In this document: positions 37,623 through 51,721 of the stretch, one piece after another
Position numbering within the stretch: the stretch's first letter is position 1
Layout: each line of letters begins with the position of its first letter
NCBI RefSeq assembly: GCF_006345805.1
Contig: NC_042997.1
Span: 84,878,001 to 84,942,000 of the forward strand
Source: Octopus sinensis
Taxonomy: Eukaryota
Direction of reading: 5' to 3'
Length of the DNA: 64,000 nucleotides
Translations under genes and position numbers: made by a program
The notes under the pieces: generated by a model
Seen by the model: the letters and a program-made list of their open reading frames with translations, nothing else
What the model was told of the DNA's origin: nothing
The model's database searches: none

Positions 37623-39845
37623 ATATGTATGTATATTTATATATGTATATATATACATATGTATGCATGTATATTTATATATATATATACTTATGTATGT
37701 ACGTATGTATGTATGTATGTATGTATGTATGTATGTATGCCATTTCGGTGCGTTTAGAAAAGCTGACCACATGTATTTAGTTCCGCCCTAGTTGTTTCCC
37801 ATTAAACCAACGTCATCTTACGTTTCGACACAGTAACGAGAATGATAAAAGGAAGGCCCTAGTAAAAGATTATGATAGATTGGATATAAATGACTAAAAA
37901 CCTTAAAGAATAGATGAATGTGTGTGTATGTGTGTGTGCGTGTGTATGTGTGTGTGCATGTGTGTGTGTGTGTATTTCAATTATTTGTATGTCTTAATAT
38001 ATTGGGAAAAAGTAATTGCGCTCATACTCTTTTTGTCTAAGTATGTATAAACACATGTGCAAGCGTGTGTTTGTACATCCCTACAAGTTCAGTAGCCTCA
38101 TTGTGTATTGAATGTGTTGGTGCTTATTATCGTTACTGCTGTTGTTGCCTCGTTTTCCAGTATAGAAACAGCCAGGAGCATATATAATAAACAACAGCAG
38201 AGACGATGTCTTATATTTGAAAACAAACTGAAGAACAGGTAACCTACATAGATGATATCACGATAAGTTGTAAGACGTAGAACATAGAAAAATTTATCTC
38301 AGTTCTTAAAAGTTACTAGTAAATCGACATTGAATAACGATAAATGTAAATTTTCAAGTAAATACATTTGTATTCTGCGTTATCAAATTAGCGCTAACAA
38401 CCACTCAATTTTAATTTGAATGAAAGAAATTATCGTGTCTCTTAATAAACTAATCTTATCTTGTATGATTGATCTATTCACTTATTATTCTTGATGTGTT
38501 ACTCGCTTCTCTGAAATAATAAGAGCTCTAATCAATGTTCATTTTCTGCTCTCAGGAAAACTAGTAATGGCAATCAATGACTTTGGAACAGCTGTCTCGG
38601 TATTAGCCGAAACTAAAATAGACAAGCATATGCAGTTTACCATCAAAATGTGTACATCTGTCGCCGTCTTATGAGCTACTCTTAATCAATATGGGAAGTT
38701 TGTAGCATTCTTTAACTATCATTAAATTCTAACGAGGAAAATCGTTTTGCGTTAGTAAAAGAAGCTTATACAATGTTTGAAGCTGTCAAAAAGTGGCACG
38801 CCCTCTTTTTGGGGGGGTAAAAGATGTCTGCTAGTGAGTAATCAGAATGCAGTTGTTTGTACATTAGAGATAACCACATAAATAAGATTAAATATGAGAA
38901 GCTATCACGCTGGCGACAAGAACTTGTTCTGTCTGATACACAATAGAATGTGTAGTTCTACTAGTTGGAAATAGAATCCCTTTTGAGAAATGATACCTGG
39001 ATATAGTCGATCATTTCCGGTCCAAAACTCTACTGAAAGCAGAGGTTAAGATTTTGGCCATGGTACTGGCAAAGAGAGACGCGCCTCTCGTTGATAGTTT
39101 CGTTGACTAGGCTCAAATAAGCGCGATACCAAACATATATCCACGACAATATTCATTCTAGGCCATACATAATAATGGAGGATTAGTTAGAAATTTGGCT
39201 CCAGTGGGGCCCTGATCAATTTGGATTAATTGATAAGGCCGCATATCATTACTTGGCAGTTATTCTCAAACCAGCTGGTTTCGATCAGTTGTCAGGAGCT
39301 GAATTGCAGCAATTTACACTAGGATCTGTTCGGTGCCCAGTGGCAACGGCCAGCTCTCTGGACCGTTTCGGGACTCAGTCAGAGGTGACTTCTCTTGCAT
39401 TTTCTATATTTCTATAAATGCTGGCGCTCGAGTCACAACAATGAAGACAAGAGATATTGAGGAGCATCCATTTCGAACAGGAACACGAGAGGACTGTGTC
39501 ATAGTATACGAAAGATATCACTTTAAAGGTCTCAGACGCCACAGAAATGGAAATAGTGAGCGACATGTTAAAGGAATACAAGGCAAAGGCAGAAGCAACG
39601 ATCAAATCAGATAATTGATAGGCTTGCAATTCGGCACCTGGAGAGTGAAGTCAATGTTGTCGGACAGCGTCTTGGGATGTTAAATTGACAGACATCTTAA
39701 ATTGATCGAGGTCTAGTTTTGCTTGACCAAATTGGAAAGACTTCTCTTCGGTTTCCTGTATATTGGATTTGTTTCACAAGTAAGGCAGCACATCCGCTAC
39801 CCACAACCTCTGAAGAATTCTTAGAAGTCGTGCTGGTCAATGTGT

Positions 39846-39847
39846 TT

Positions 39848-39913
<66 letters not shown>

Positions 39914-39956
39914 GTTGTCGTCGTTGTTATTATTATTATCATCATTATTATTATTA

Positions 39957-40011
<55 letters not shown>
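39846..40011. repeat. Compound (ATC)n-(ATT)n microsatellite
   Basis: Directly visible; source of the poly-I, poly-M and poly-S pseudo-ORFs. Confidence 0.95.
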
Positions 40012-40748
40012 CGAAAATAAAAGGAATTATTAAATCTATAAATTTCAGAAACTGCGCTTGCTTTTACTCATTAGTGTTTCAGGGTTGACCTTAACTTCGC
40101 ATCAATTCAGCTCACAAAATATGTTGTTTTTATCATTTTCACAGCTCCAAATCAACCATAATCAGAAAGAACTGGCACGAAAGACGCTCCAGCCATGAGT
40201 GTCAAGCCGTTATTTTTAAAACATTATGTAATATGATAGTGTTGTGTAATTTCATGCAGATTTAGCTACTAATATTAAGAGGCCGAACTGCAAATACTAC
40301 TGAAGGTCGACTTTGCCTTTCAGGGTCAACGGAATTTGGAACATTTGAGCACTGGGGTCGATATAGTCGGCATACCCTCCCGAAAAAATTGCTGGCCTTG
40401 TGCCAATATCAGTAAGAACAATTAAGAGACCGAACGACCACACACAAACATTCCCGATGGCGTGCCATAAAATATATAATGTTCTAAGGTCGATTCAATA
40501 GGCTATACCCTTTACCGATAAATCTATGACCTTATTTCAATTTAAGAAATAATTATTTTAATTACTACCATGTTCGTGTATGGAATTCGATTATAAACCA
40601 GAAGCATTATATATACGTATAATTTCTCCCGCCGAGCAGTGATCTATTGATCTCATTTTAAACATGGGAGAAATGAATATATTCACATATTCACTGTCTA
40701 TTTGGCCTACTTGTCTGTGCTCTGTCTGACCATCCATGCATTTGTCAG

Positions 40749-40839
<91 letters not shown>

Positions 40840-41093
40840 GTCAATCTATCCATTTATTTATCTATCAATCTATCAATATATATATATATATATATACATA
40901 TAGATATGTGTATATACATATATATATACGCATATGTGCATGTGCATATGTATATGTAAATACACACACATACATGCAAACACATGAAGAGAGAGATGAA
41001 TGGATGCATAGATTAGTAGGTACATTTAGGTAAAAATATAAGCTTGTGTGTTTACATATAGATATTATCCATACACAATTACATTATACATAC

Positions 41094-41127
<34 letters not shown>

Positions 41128-41238
41128 TTGTGTGTGTGTATACATATATATATGTATATTATACTATATTATATATATATACATATAGATATGTGTATAT
41201 ACATATATATATATGTGTGTGTGTGTTGTGTGTGTGTG

Positions 41239-41282
<44 letters not shown>

Positions 41283-41574
41283 AGAGACGTATGTATCTTT
41301 CTATGTATGTATGCATTAATGGTATTTGTTATTCAGAAAACTACACTAAGTCAAACTAAAAATAACTTGAGCAAACTCAGACAACCACCATCAGGAAGAA
41401 TTATACACGGTTAATAACAAGCTGATTGTAAAAACTTCGATGCTTTTCTTAGATTATCAGAGTTAGTGTGGTAAGTCATTGCCTAATCAAGCTTAAAACT
41501 TCGTTCAGAATCTTGGCTCGATCTCTCTCTATTACGCCTACATCACTAATGTTCGTATGAAATATGTTCAGTTC

Positions 41575-42020
41575 ATATATTCCCATTTACCCGCTAATAT
41601 AAATCTAAAGTTGCTTCAGGTTTGATAACAATACCGTTAATTTATTATTTAAATACTAATAGTCATACTGTTCGCACATAAGTATATATATATATAATAT
41701 CACATAATATAATATATAAATGTACATATATATGTATATTATACTATATTATATATATACACAGACAGTACTCATATATGCGTGTATATGTACATGTAGA
41801 GGTAGGTACGTACATATATGTTTATATATATGCATATGTTTTATTTCATTTATTAATATATATATATATATATATACAAACATGTGCGTTGATTCAAACA
41901 GGAGAAATACAACTCAAAATATGAGCATATGTATATTTTTATAAATATTTAGCAGAAGTAAGAGTGTGAATCAAGGCCTGAGAGCCACACTGTTACTTCT
42001 ACTAAATATTAATATATGTA

Positions 42021-42061
<41 letters not shown>

Positions 42062-42080
42062 GTATGTATATATATATATG

Positions 42081-42112
<32 letters not shown>

Positions 42113-42438
42113 CATATATATATACATAATGTATATATATATGTTATATATATATATAATATATAAATGAAATAAAACATATGCATATATATAAACATAT
42201 ATGTACGTACCTACCTCTACATGTACATATACACGCATATATGAGTACTGTGTGTGTATATATATAATATAGTATAATATACATATATATGTACATTATA
42301 TATTATATTATGTGATATTATATATATATATACTTATGTGCGAACAGTATGACTATTAGTATTTAAATAATAAATTAACGGTATTGTTATCAAACCTGAA
42401 GCACTTTAGATTTATATTAGCGGGTAATGGGAATATAT
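41575..42438. repeat. ~280-bp inverted duplication (41575-41853, 42163-42438)
   Basis: ttcccatttacccgctaatataaatctaaagttgcttcaggtttgataac... is mirrored at 42390-42438 with small indels. The terminal 21 bp are stuttered again at ~42447-42467. Confidence 0.9.
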
Positions 42439-42497
42439 ATATATATAGCGGGTAAATGGGAATATATATTATATATATTATATATATATATATATAG

Positions 42498-42545
<48 letters not shown>

Positions 42546-42721
42546 CTATATATATATATATATACATATATGTATATACATATATATATATATATCAGCC
42601 GAAATTGCGAAGATGATCCGGTTCTTGACTGAAGATCGAAGGTTTCGAATGTCCCGTCCGTTTTTTTGTATCGTCTTCTTAATGTTTTGCGTTCTTTTCC
42701 CAGTTTGTTTTTTTACATTTA

Positions 42722-42764
<43 letters not shown>

Positions 42765-42803
42765 ATATATATATATATATATGATATATATATATATATT
42801 ATA

Positions 42804-42854
<51 letters not shown>

Positions 42855-43562
42855 TATTTATATATATATATATACATATATTTATATACATACATTAATG
42901 AATACACCTGTTTGAAACCTTATACCGTAAAGGAAAATTATCGACGTCAACTAGACTGTAAATGTGCGTGTGCATGTATATATACGTGTATGAGCACGCA
43001 TGTACGTGTACGAATACATCTATGGATGCGCGTGAGCATGGATGTGTATATACACGTGTGTATGTATAGGCGTATGCATATGTCTATAGATATGTAGGTG
43101 TGCGTGTATATGTAAACGTATTCGCAAATATACATTATTCTTTAACACTATTACTAACCACTAAAAATGTCCAAATCGAAAGGAGAATTGACGGTTAAGT
43201 AAAAAGTAAATTTAGATTCGAAAATACATATACTTCATTATTTGGTATTTCTGAATATACATACAAATAGAGCTTGATCAGTAATAACATTCATTTAAAG
43301 AATTTTATATACAGAAGCATATTGGATTTCATAGAGAGAGCCGCAGCTTTTAATATTATATATATTAACACCCACAATTTATACATATTTAGTCTTGATT
43401 CAAATATACATGACTACAACAACGAATATAATAATCCCGAAATGATAACCAAGAGAAAATCTATGTATTTCAGTCTTTTTCTGTTTTTATATCAGCTGCT
43501 GACGAGTACAAATTTGACAATTAAGATTATCTATTTATGAATATCTGAGTCTTTTTGTACGG

Positions 43563-43873
43563 GGCTCTCATGGCTTCTCATCTTAACTGATTGGAAGTGT
43601 TATGATGTACATGTTTGTCTTGGTGTTAAAGATGGGCTACAGCAAATATTCTGCTCAATACCGCAGATTTTCTAGTCAGCTGCTTCACCTTAACTAGTTG
43701 AGCCTGTCCCTTACTGGTTGGCGATATATGCATCTCTGATCCCGTGCAGAATTAGCAGGGGAGCATCATAGCCCACTTTTGAAGACATGGGTGTTTTGTT
43801 CATCATCCTTCAACAACCCTTATTCAGGGACCTTTTGAGCAGGATGGGTTACTCGACCCGTAGAAAATTCTAA
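43563..43873. mobile_element. Partial copy of the ~540-bp repeat at 44564-45103
   Basis: ggctctcatggcttct.atcttaactgattggaagtgtta...gatgggctacagcaaatattctgctc is shared; this copy is internally deleted and truncated at gaaaattctaac. Confidence 0.85.
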
Positions 43874-43874
43874 C

Positions 43875-44520
43875 ATCTATAAAACTTCTGATACCCAGAA
43901 ATACAGACTCTGTAGAAAGAGTGTGGAATATGTGACCCACTTGGTAAGTGAGAGCCTTGCACAAAAAGAATACAAGCGCCGCTATGATAAAGTGTGTGTA
44001 TCTTCATTAGCTCTTATGCCGTAAATACCAATATGAATTAACAGAGAACTGGTATGAGCATGTACCAAGTAAAGTTATGCAGGAGGATGGAAAAATGATG
44101 ATACTCTGGGACAATGATTTTCAGACAGATCGTGTAATTGAAAACCGTCGGCTGGATATTGCCATACTGAATAAGAGGGACAAATACTGTCAGATCATTG
44201 ATGTAGCCATACCAAATGACATGAATGTTGTGAGTAAAGTGGTTGAAAAAATCACCGAGTACTCCGAATTGAAAGTGGAAATGGCAAGATTGTATGGAAT
44301 GCGAGAGGGTAATGTAAACGTGATACCAGTGGTGACTGAAGCGTTGGGCTCAACCTCACTGAAACTTCAAGATTTCTTAAGGCAAATGAAAATCCCATGC
44401 AAGACTGATGACTTGCAAAAAGCAACCTTAAGGAAAGTATTATCTGTCTGAGGTCCTTGTTGGGACTTTACAGATGACTAAAGACTCCGGTGCATTTTTA
44501 CCTACACTGTGTTACGAAAT
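43875..44520 (+). mobile_element. 3' fragment of an R4/Dong-type non-LTR retrotransposon (zinc knuckle plus restriction-like endonuclease)
   Basis: YRLCRKSVEYVTHLVS (decayed CCHC), LAQKEYKRRYDKV, WYEHVP, ILWDNDFQTDRVIENRRLDIAILNKRDKYCQIIDVAIPND...EKITEYSEL, VIPVV..ALGS. Stop at 44451, short 3' UTR, then (AAT/AAC)n. Confidence 0.88.
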
Positions 44521-44563
44521 AATAACAACAACAACAACAACAACAACAATAATAATAATGATA

Positions 44564-45103
44564 GGCAGTTGCTCTCATGGCTTCTGATCTTAACTGATTG
44601 GAAGTGTTATCATGTACATTGATTTGTCTTGGTATAAAAGATGGGCTACAGCAAATATTCTGCTCAGTACCACAAATTTGCTTGTCAGTTGTTTGATCTT
44701 AACCGGTTGAGCATGTCTCTTGGTAGCTGACGATATGTGCATCTCTGATCACTAGCAGAAGTAGTGGGGGAGCATCATAGCCATGTGTTGAGAGGGATTC
44801 TTTGGAGTTTGAATAATTCACCTCTGGAAACGTGAGTGTTTCGTTCATCATCTTTAAACAACCCTAATTTAGGGACCTTTTGAGTGGATGGGCTACTCGA
44901 CCAGAAGAAAATTCTAACTGGACCCCATCTACAAGGTTCTGCGCCATTTATCTTGATATAAGATCACCATTTCGCGCACATGTGGTTGTGATGCATGTGC
45001 CTGGTGTACCCTTATCAGACGGGTAGTCATGATGGGTATATTGTGCTTCCTACAATTGTACCCCAGTGTCACTTCGATGGCATGCGCTACTCTCTCCCTC
45101 ACT
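44564..45103. mobile_element. ~540-bp non-coding interspersed repeat embedded in (AAT)n
   Basis: Flanked by aataataatgat on the left and a long (AAT)n tract from 45104; second partial copy at 43563. Confidence 0.8.
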
Positions 45104-45140
45104 AATAATAATAATGATGATAATAATAATGATAATAATA

Positions 45141-45212
<72 letters not shown>

Positions 45213-45454
45213 CAACATCAGAACAAATCAAACCATTGAAAGACCGAATTTTTTATGAGGCGAAATATAGAAGGCAAGCAGATACAAGCAGGTATGCTAA
45301 TCTATTTAGATTCAACTTACTAATCACGTAGTTTGTTTTGTATTTCAAAACAATGAATTTTTGTATTTTCAATAGCAAAGAAGGAACATGTTTAGCAATG
45401 AGAAAATATTCAAGAAAGAAACAATTTAGATTTCTGCTAGTGACTTCGATATTG

Positions 45455-45950
45455 TCTCACTTCCCGACCATATGGTTCCAGGTTCAGCTCCACCGCGTGG
45501 AACATTGGGCAAGTACTTTCTACTGTAGCTGGGAGCCAACCAAAGCCCTGTGAATGGATTTAGTAAGCGGAAACAAAAGAAAGCCTGATATGTATGTATG
45601 TATGTATGTATGTATTCTGTATGTATGTATGTATGTATGTATGTATGTATGTATGTATGTATGTATGTATACATGCATGCATGTATGTATGTGTGTATGT
45701 ATGTTTGTATGTATGAAAGTATGCATGCATGCATGCATGTATGTATGTATGTATGCATGTATGTATGTATGTATATATGTATGTATGTGCATATATATAC
45801 CTTTATGCTTTGTTTACCTCCACACATACCCCAACGCCACTTGACAAACGGTGGCAATTTGTTTACATCTTTGTAACTTAACAGCTCGGCAAAAGGACCA
45901 ATACAATAAGGTTTTAAAAAATAAGTACTGGATAGATTTGTTTGATTAAG
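45455..45950 (+). mobile_element. SINE family A copy with expanded (TATG)n core
   Basis: Head catatggttccaggttcagctccaccgcgtggaacattgggcaagt; tail gtaacttaacagctcggcaaaagg...aagtactgg. Confidence 0.8.
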
Positions 45951-47376
45951 CTATGCCAGGTAATAAACCAAATGTCTATTACCTTGCATGGCTTAATCAA
46001 ACAAATCTATCCAGATTGTTTTTATATATACATGATATTTTTATACCACCGCGTAACTAAATCTTTCCTCTTGTATCTACAGAAACATTAAACAGAGATT
46101 TGTTTATATTTGTTGTTGAGTGTTCATTATACATATAACACTGAAGGATCAAATACAAAATGACCAGGTGATACCTTTTAAGCCATTCAAATTCATTGTT
46201 TAAAGTAAAAGCGATTGATCATCACATTTGAATAAGTTTGCATCAAATCGCTATTTATGCAAATCTTATTTAGTGTAGTCATAGGATCCAGGTACTGTAA
46301 ATAATGATTAGCTATATATATATATATTAAGTTGGCAACTTAACGAGGTAGCATAGGCTGTTTCAAGAGGCTGGATCAGGAGGTGTGAGCTCTGGATGGA
46401 GTAATGCTACCTGGAGCCTTGCTAGCTGGACACAAAGTAGGTTTCATCACTGATGAGCCAACTAGGTGAAGGTGTCCGATTATTTAAAATTCACAACTCC
46501 AAATGACCCCAGGTAGCGTCACTAACGTTGTATCCATCTGTATCGCCAAACGATATATGAAAAACTTTCGTGCGATGTATTTTATGCTAGATTTGATGAG
46601 GTTTTTGATATCCGAGGAATGAGTTATAAATTTAACAACCAAATTCAAATAGCGTTGATTCTTATCTTACTGGCGATGCTTTCAGTAAATCGGTGGCAAT
46701 GCAAACAAGTATTGCAACTATGAAGATTTTAAAAATTGGATTTTAGAACTTTACCGTTCCAAAAGTCACTGCAAAGAACCACTCATATGGGATTATAAAA
46801 AATACTTCAATAAGAAAGGCAAACAAGAAAAACGTTGAGAATTCAATGCAGGGAAATCTGTTCCCCCATGTGTGTCTGAGTACGTGTGTGTGTGTGTGTG
46901 CAATCGTGCGTGCGCGTACGTGTGTATGCGTGCGCGCTCGTGTGTGTGTGCGAGCGCGTATATATATATGTATGTGTATATATGTATTCATACACACATA
47001 CATATACATGTATATTTGCATGCCTGTATGCGGGCATAAGTATGAATGTACGCACACATAGAATACGCACACACGCACACAACACACACACATATATATT
47101 TACATATATATATACATGCCTATATACACATATACATGCCTATATATACATATATACATACATATATATACATATATACACATATATACATATATACATA
47201 TATAGAGACAGACAGACATAAAGTTAGAGAGAGAGAGAGTGAAAGAGAGAGGTAAAGAAGGAGAAAGGAAATCATGGGGTATATGCATAAGCACAGCGTA
47301 TATAAACTTTAATAGTCAGTAACGGAATGTGATAGAAAGGGAGGAATAGACAGATACATGTGAAATATATATATAT

Positions 47377-47419
<43 letters not shown>

Positions 47420-48112
47420 AAGAGAAAGACGAAGAGAAAAATAGGAGCGGGTGCGAATGAAAAGGAAAAGAAGGTGGAAGGTGAGCAGAATTAAAATGGC
47501 GTTGGTTGTTAGTGTTCGTACGCGAAGAGGAAAATATGGCAGTTATTATTATCAGCTCTTACAGGTCATAAATAAACTGTAAGTTTGCCAAATTTAATGA
47601 TTGCTGCAGTTCAACGGTGATTCCTCACTTGCAGTAAAAGTAAGAGTTATGGAACGTGAACACACTCTTCTTTTAAAGACAAAACTTTGTTAACATTTCA
47701 ATTGATCGCTGTGGTTTCTTGCTTAGTTGGAAATGCTTCAAACCGATGAATTTCAATTGTGGATGATTTAAAGCAGATGATGGCTATCAAAGGTACTTTT
47801 ATTACTATGTTGCAATGATACTATGTTGTATAAGGTGAAGTTAGTGGTAGATATGCGAGCTTTTTATTGCGTATATTTTCAATTGCCTACTTTGTTTTTC
47901 CTCACCCAAAATTTACTGCTGCACGCCATTTTATCGTTACTCTAAGCCGCCATCACCAACGGCACCAGAATCACCATAATCGGCATCATATGCTCCACCA
48001 CCACCATCACTGCTAACACTAGCATATCTACACTATGTGTTTTATGTTTGCTTCCAGTCTTGTGTGCGTGGGTATATACATACACGTATACATGTACGTA
48101 AATATTATATAA

Positions 48113-48221
<109 letters not shown>

Positions 48222-48392
48222 GTGTGTGTGTGTATCCGGGAGGGAACAACAGAGACGGTGAGAGTGAGAGAAAACGAGCGAGTGTGAATCGGAGAAAAAT
48301 GGTAATGCTGAAGAAACCTCTTGGAATAGAAAGAGAATGATACATATATATATATGTGTGTATGTGTGTGTGTGTGTGCGTGCATGTGTGTG

Positions 48393-48433
<41 letters not shown>

Positions 48434-50331
48434 CATACATACATGCATACATGCATAGATAGATAGATAGATAGATAGATTAGTGATTTGTTAGATAGGT
48501 AAATATGTAGGCTGGTAGGTAGGTGGGTAGGCAGGTAGGCAGGTAGGCAGGAAGGTACACACATCCATACACGAAACAGTTCAAGAAAGAAAGAAAGAAA
48601 GAGAAAAGAAAGAAAGAAAGATTTTGACAGGTAATATAAGGTGGAAGAAGATAAATATAAGAGCGAAATCAGAGGATACAAACATACATACATACATATA
48701 CCTTTGAGAATCCATCCACGTATATGCTTGAGTGTTCAAGATGTATGCGTGTGTGTAGAAGATTGCAATTATGGTTAGATAATATTGATTGCTTACGTTG
48801 GCACAGGGCAACATTTTGTAATGGAATAGAATAGTTGATTGAATCGATCTCGATACATAATTAGAATCATAACTCTATCGAACCAGGGAGGATCGAAAGG
48901 TAAATGGTCCCCTTGTGAGTTCCAGTGTACAACGAATGTGAAGGAAACGAAATACCCTATGGCATTTAATCTGATGCTGTAACGTTTCTGTTATTCTATT
49001 GCGTTTACGGTTGGATAGCATTCCGATCTCAACATGCCAACATTTGGCAACATTTTAGCGAATGAGTCCATTGAGATACACGAAGAATCATTACGCTGCG
49101 TGATATACAACATTTAACATTGATCATTATTGTACGAACATTTAGGCCATTTTACAAGTGCATGAAACATATCCATTTAAATAGTACCGTATCGTAAAAT
49201 GTGCGTTAGCTCATTTCAATAGTAAATTCATATGAAAGTAGTTATAATAATGTATTTTGTACTAGAAGTCATTTATCGTGGTATTTTGTATTTTCCAAAT
49301 CACCTAAAACAAACCTGTAAAATAATTGTTTTCGCTTTAATATTCATCGAATCTTAAGTGACAATCCAGGCTACTCAACAATCCCACTTTTAGATGCAAA
49401 TGTATGCGTAAGAAACAACACATGTATAACATATTAATTACTAAAACACGAATAAATGTTTTTTATATATGCACGGAGACAGTTGATGTGGAAGTAGATA
49501 ATAACTCTCACCGAACAGCCTGGAAAAATCCTTTTGATTCCCTATCCATAAACGAAATACTACAAACACTAATAAATACAGAAAACAAAATTAATAACAT
49601 TGTGAGCAATAATCTAATCGACGATTCTACGAGAACAATGTATTCAAACTAAAAGATACGAATATATTACCCATTAAAAACAAATAAGTTAAACATAAAG
49701 GTTATTAATTACATGACGCAAATATATCCCGATTATAGAACAAATGAATACATTAGGGAAATAGAAAACTCATAAAATAAAACATAACGTCTATTACTCC
49801 CAATTAGAAAGTAATGCTGATTAATGTAAACATTAAGATTTTCGTTACAACAAACTCCAAATCTACAAGCCTTAATACAAACTTTAGACGACTAATGTAC
49901 TTTAAGGAATTTTTATGCAACCACAGCCGTGACCGTTGTTAACTTCCTGATTTTATCTGTAATACTGGGTGTACAAATACCACCGTATTTTGGTGACTGA
50001 CTTTGCATCTACAAGAAATATCCGCTGCAAATACATCACAAAACACAAAATAAAACTATGTATCAAAACAATGAAGATTGTTTTGCTAAAAACATGGAAG
50101 CTATATTAATAACAACATATAGCGCAGTACTTATTGTGGATGATGCTTTCTAGTAAAAATCTATAGCCAAACAATCATAACATCCGAGTCAGCAGGTATT
50201 TTCAGGAAGTTCATTTCGTGGTCATCGACGGTCAGATGGGATACTTAGAGGAATCGGAGCAGTGCTTAACAGCTATGCATGAACTGGAGTTTCTTCTTTT
50301 CTCTCCCTCCCTCTGTCTGTTCGTCTGTCTA

Positions 50332-50382
<51 letters not shown>

Positions 50383-51483
50383 ACTCCCGTTGAGTCTTCT
50401 ATCAGATCAACGTGAGCAACGAAACAAAATACACATAATCGATAAATGAGATTGACAGTTCCCCGTTCTCTTTGTGAACGTTCATATTGATCAGTACAAC
50501 ACCCCGCTACCTCTTATTTCTCGCACGCTAAAAGCAACAACAGAAATGTTCTCAATCCTCTAAATTTATTAATTACCCTATTATTCTCCAAGTTCCTCTA
50601 GCCACTATTGGCATTAGTATATTATCCCGCATTGAAGACACATCACCTTTCTCTGAATTCATTGTTTTTAGCCCTAGGTAAGCCTTCCTGGAATAGACCG
50701 CTGTTCAAAACTTTTTCTGTATCTAGTATTGTCCAATATGTCCTTGTTTTAAGACGGTAGGGTGTAATTTGTGGGCATCAGGCTAATATATCTAGTTGAT
50801 TAAGTCTTAATTAGTTCCATCTCTGAAATCATTATCATCTGTGAATTAAACCCTACATCACTTATCACTATGTTTCTCACTTCTATCCTCTCTCCCCATT
50901 TCCCTTTCTCACTCCCCTCTCGCTATTTCTCCCACCTTTCTCTTTCTCTCCCTCTCTTACTCTCTCACTAATGTACTCCTCTCATGCCGAAGTTGTTGGT
51001 AGAAAAGCCGAATCTTTTATTTCAATTAATATTATTCTCTACTCGTATCTCTGTTTGGTAAACGACCATTCTAAACTTCCTTTACTTAAAAACTCACTAT
51101 TTACCAAATTATCATTGTCTCGGTCTCTTACAGAACGCTCAGTCACTGATTATCCGAGGCCATCCATTTCACAATATCCTTCCTCAATGAAACTTAGAAG
51201 ACAGGGATCTGCCAGCTGGCAGAAGACCCACAACTTTTACAGTGTCTCTAGCATTAAATATATTTTACATCAGATCTAGCCACGACAGGAAAGCAAGTAC
51301 TTTCTTGCTCTTGGGCATATCCATTATCTTTCTTCCAGGGAAGTTCATAATTCAATATCAACAAGTTGCTCACAAAAACTACCTTACAATAGTTCAGAAC
51401 GAAAAGGTTGCCTGAAAAACCTGACCCTTACTAGCTGTGTATGTGTCTTCATTTCTCTCCGCAAGCCTGAAAGAAGAGCAAGA

Positions 51484-51721
51484 AAATACCTATTTCTTTA
51501 CTACCCACAAAGGGCTTAACACAGAGAGGACAAACAAGGACAGACAAACGGATTAAGTCAATTATATCGACCCAAGTGCGTAACTGATACTTAATTTATC
51601 GACCCCGAAAGGATGAAAGGCACAGTCGACCTCGGCGGAATTTGAACTCAGAACGTAACGGCAGACGAAATACGGCTACGCATTTCGCCCGGCGTGCTAA
51701 CGTTTCTGCCAGCTCGCCGCC
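51484..51721 (-). mobile_element. Full-length, well-preserved SINE family B copy
   Basis: rc ggcggcgagcTGGCAGAAACGttag (A box) ... gaGTTCAAATTCCgccgagg (B box) ... tail gcccttgtgggtagtaaagaaataggtattt. Confidence 0.9.

Noticed and set aside
38555-38675. Possible exon after the acceptor-like ttttctgctctcag (KLVMAINDFGTAVS...)
   Set aside because: No recognisable protein similarity and no partner exons; splice-like signals occur by chance.
39333-39629. GC-richer segment with overlapping 84-93 aa ORFs
   Set aside because: No identifiable motif, and the best-looking frame has internal stops; probably an old element remnant.
46440-46480. CUGAUGA-GCC-loop-GGU-GAAG motif
   Set aside because: GAAG instead of GAAA, and no stem I or III partner.
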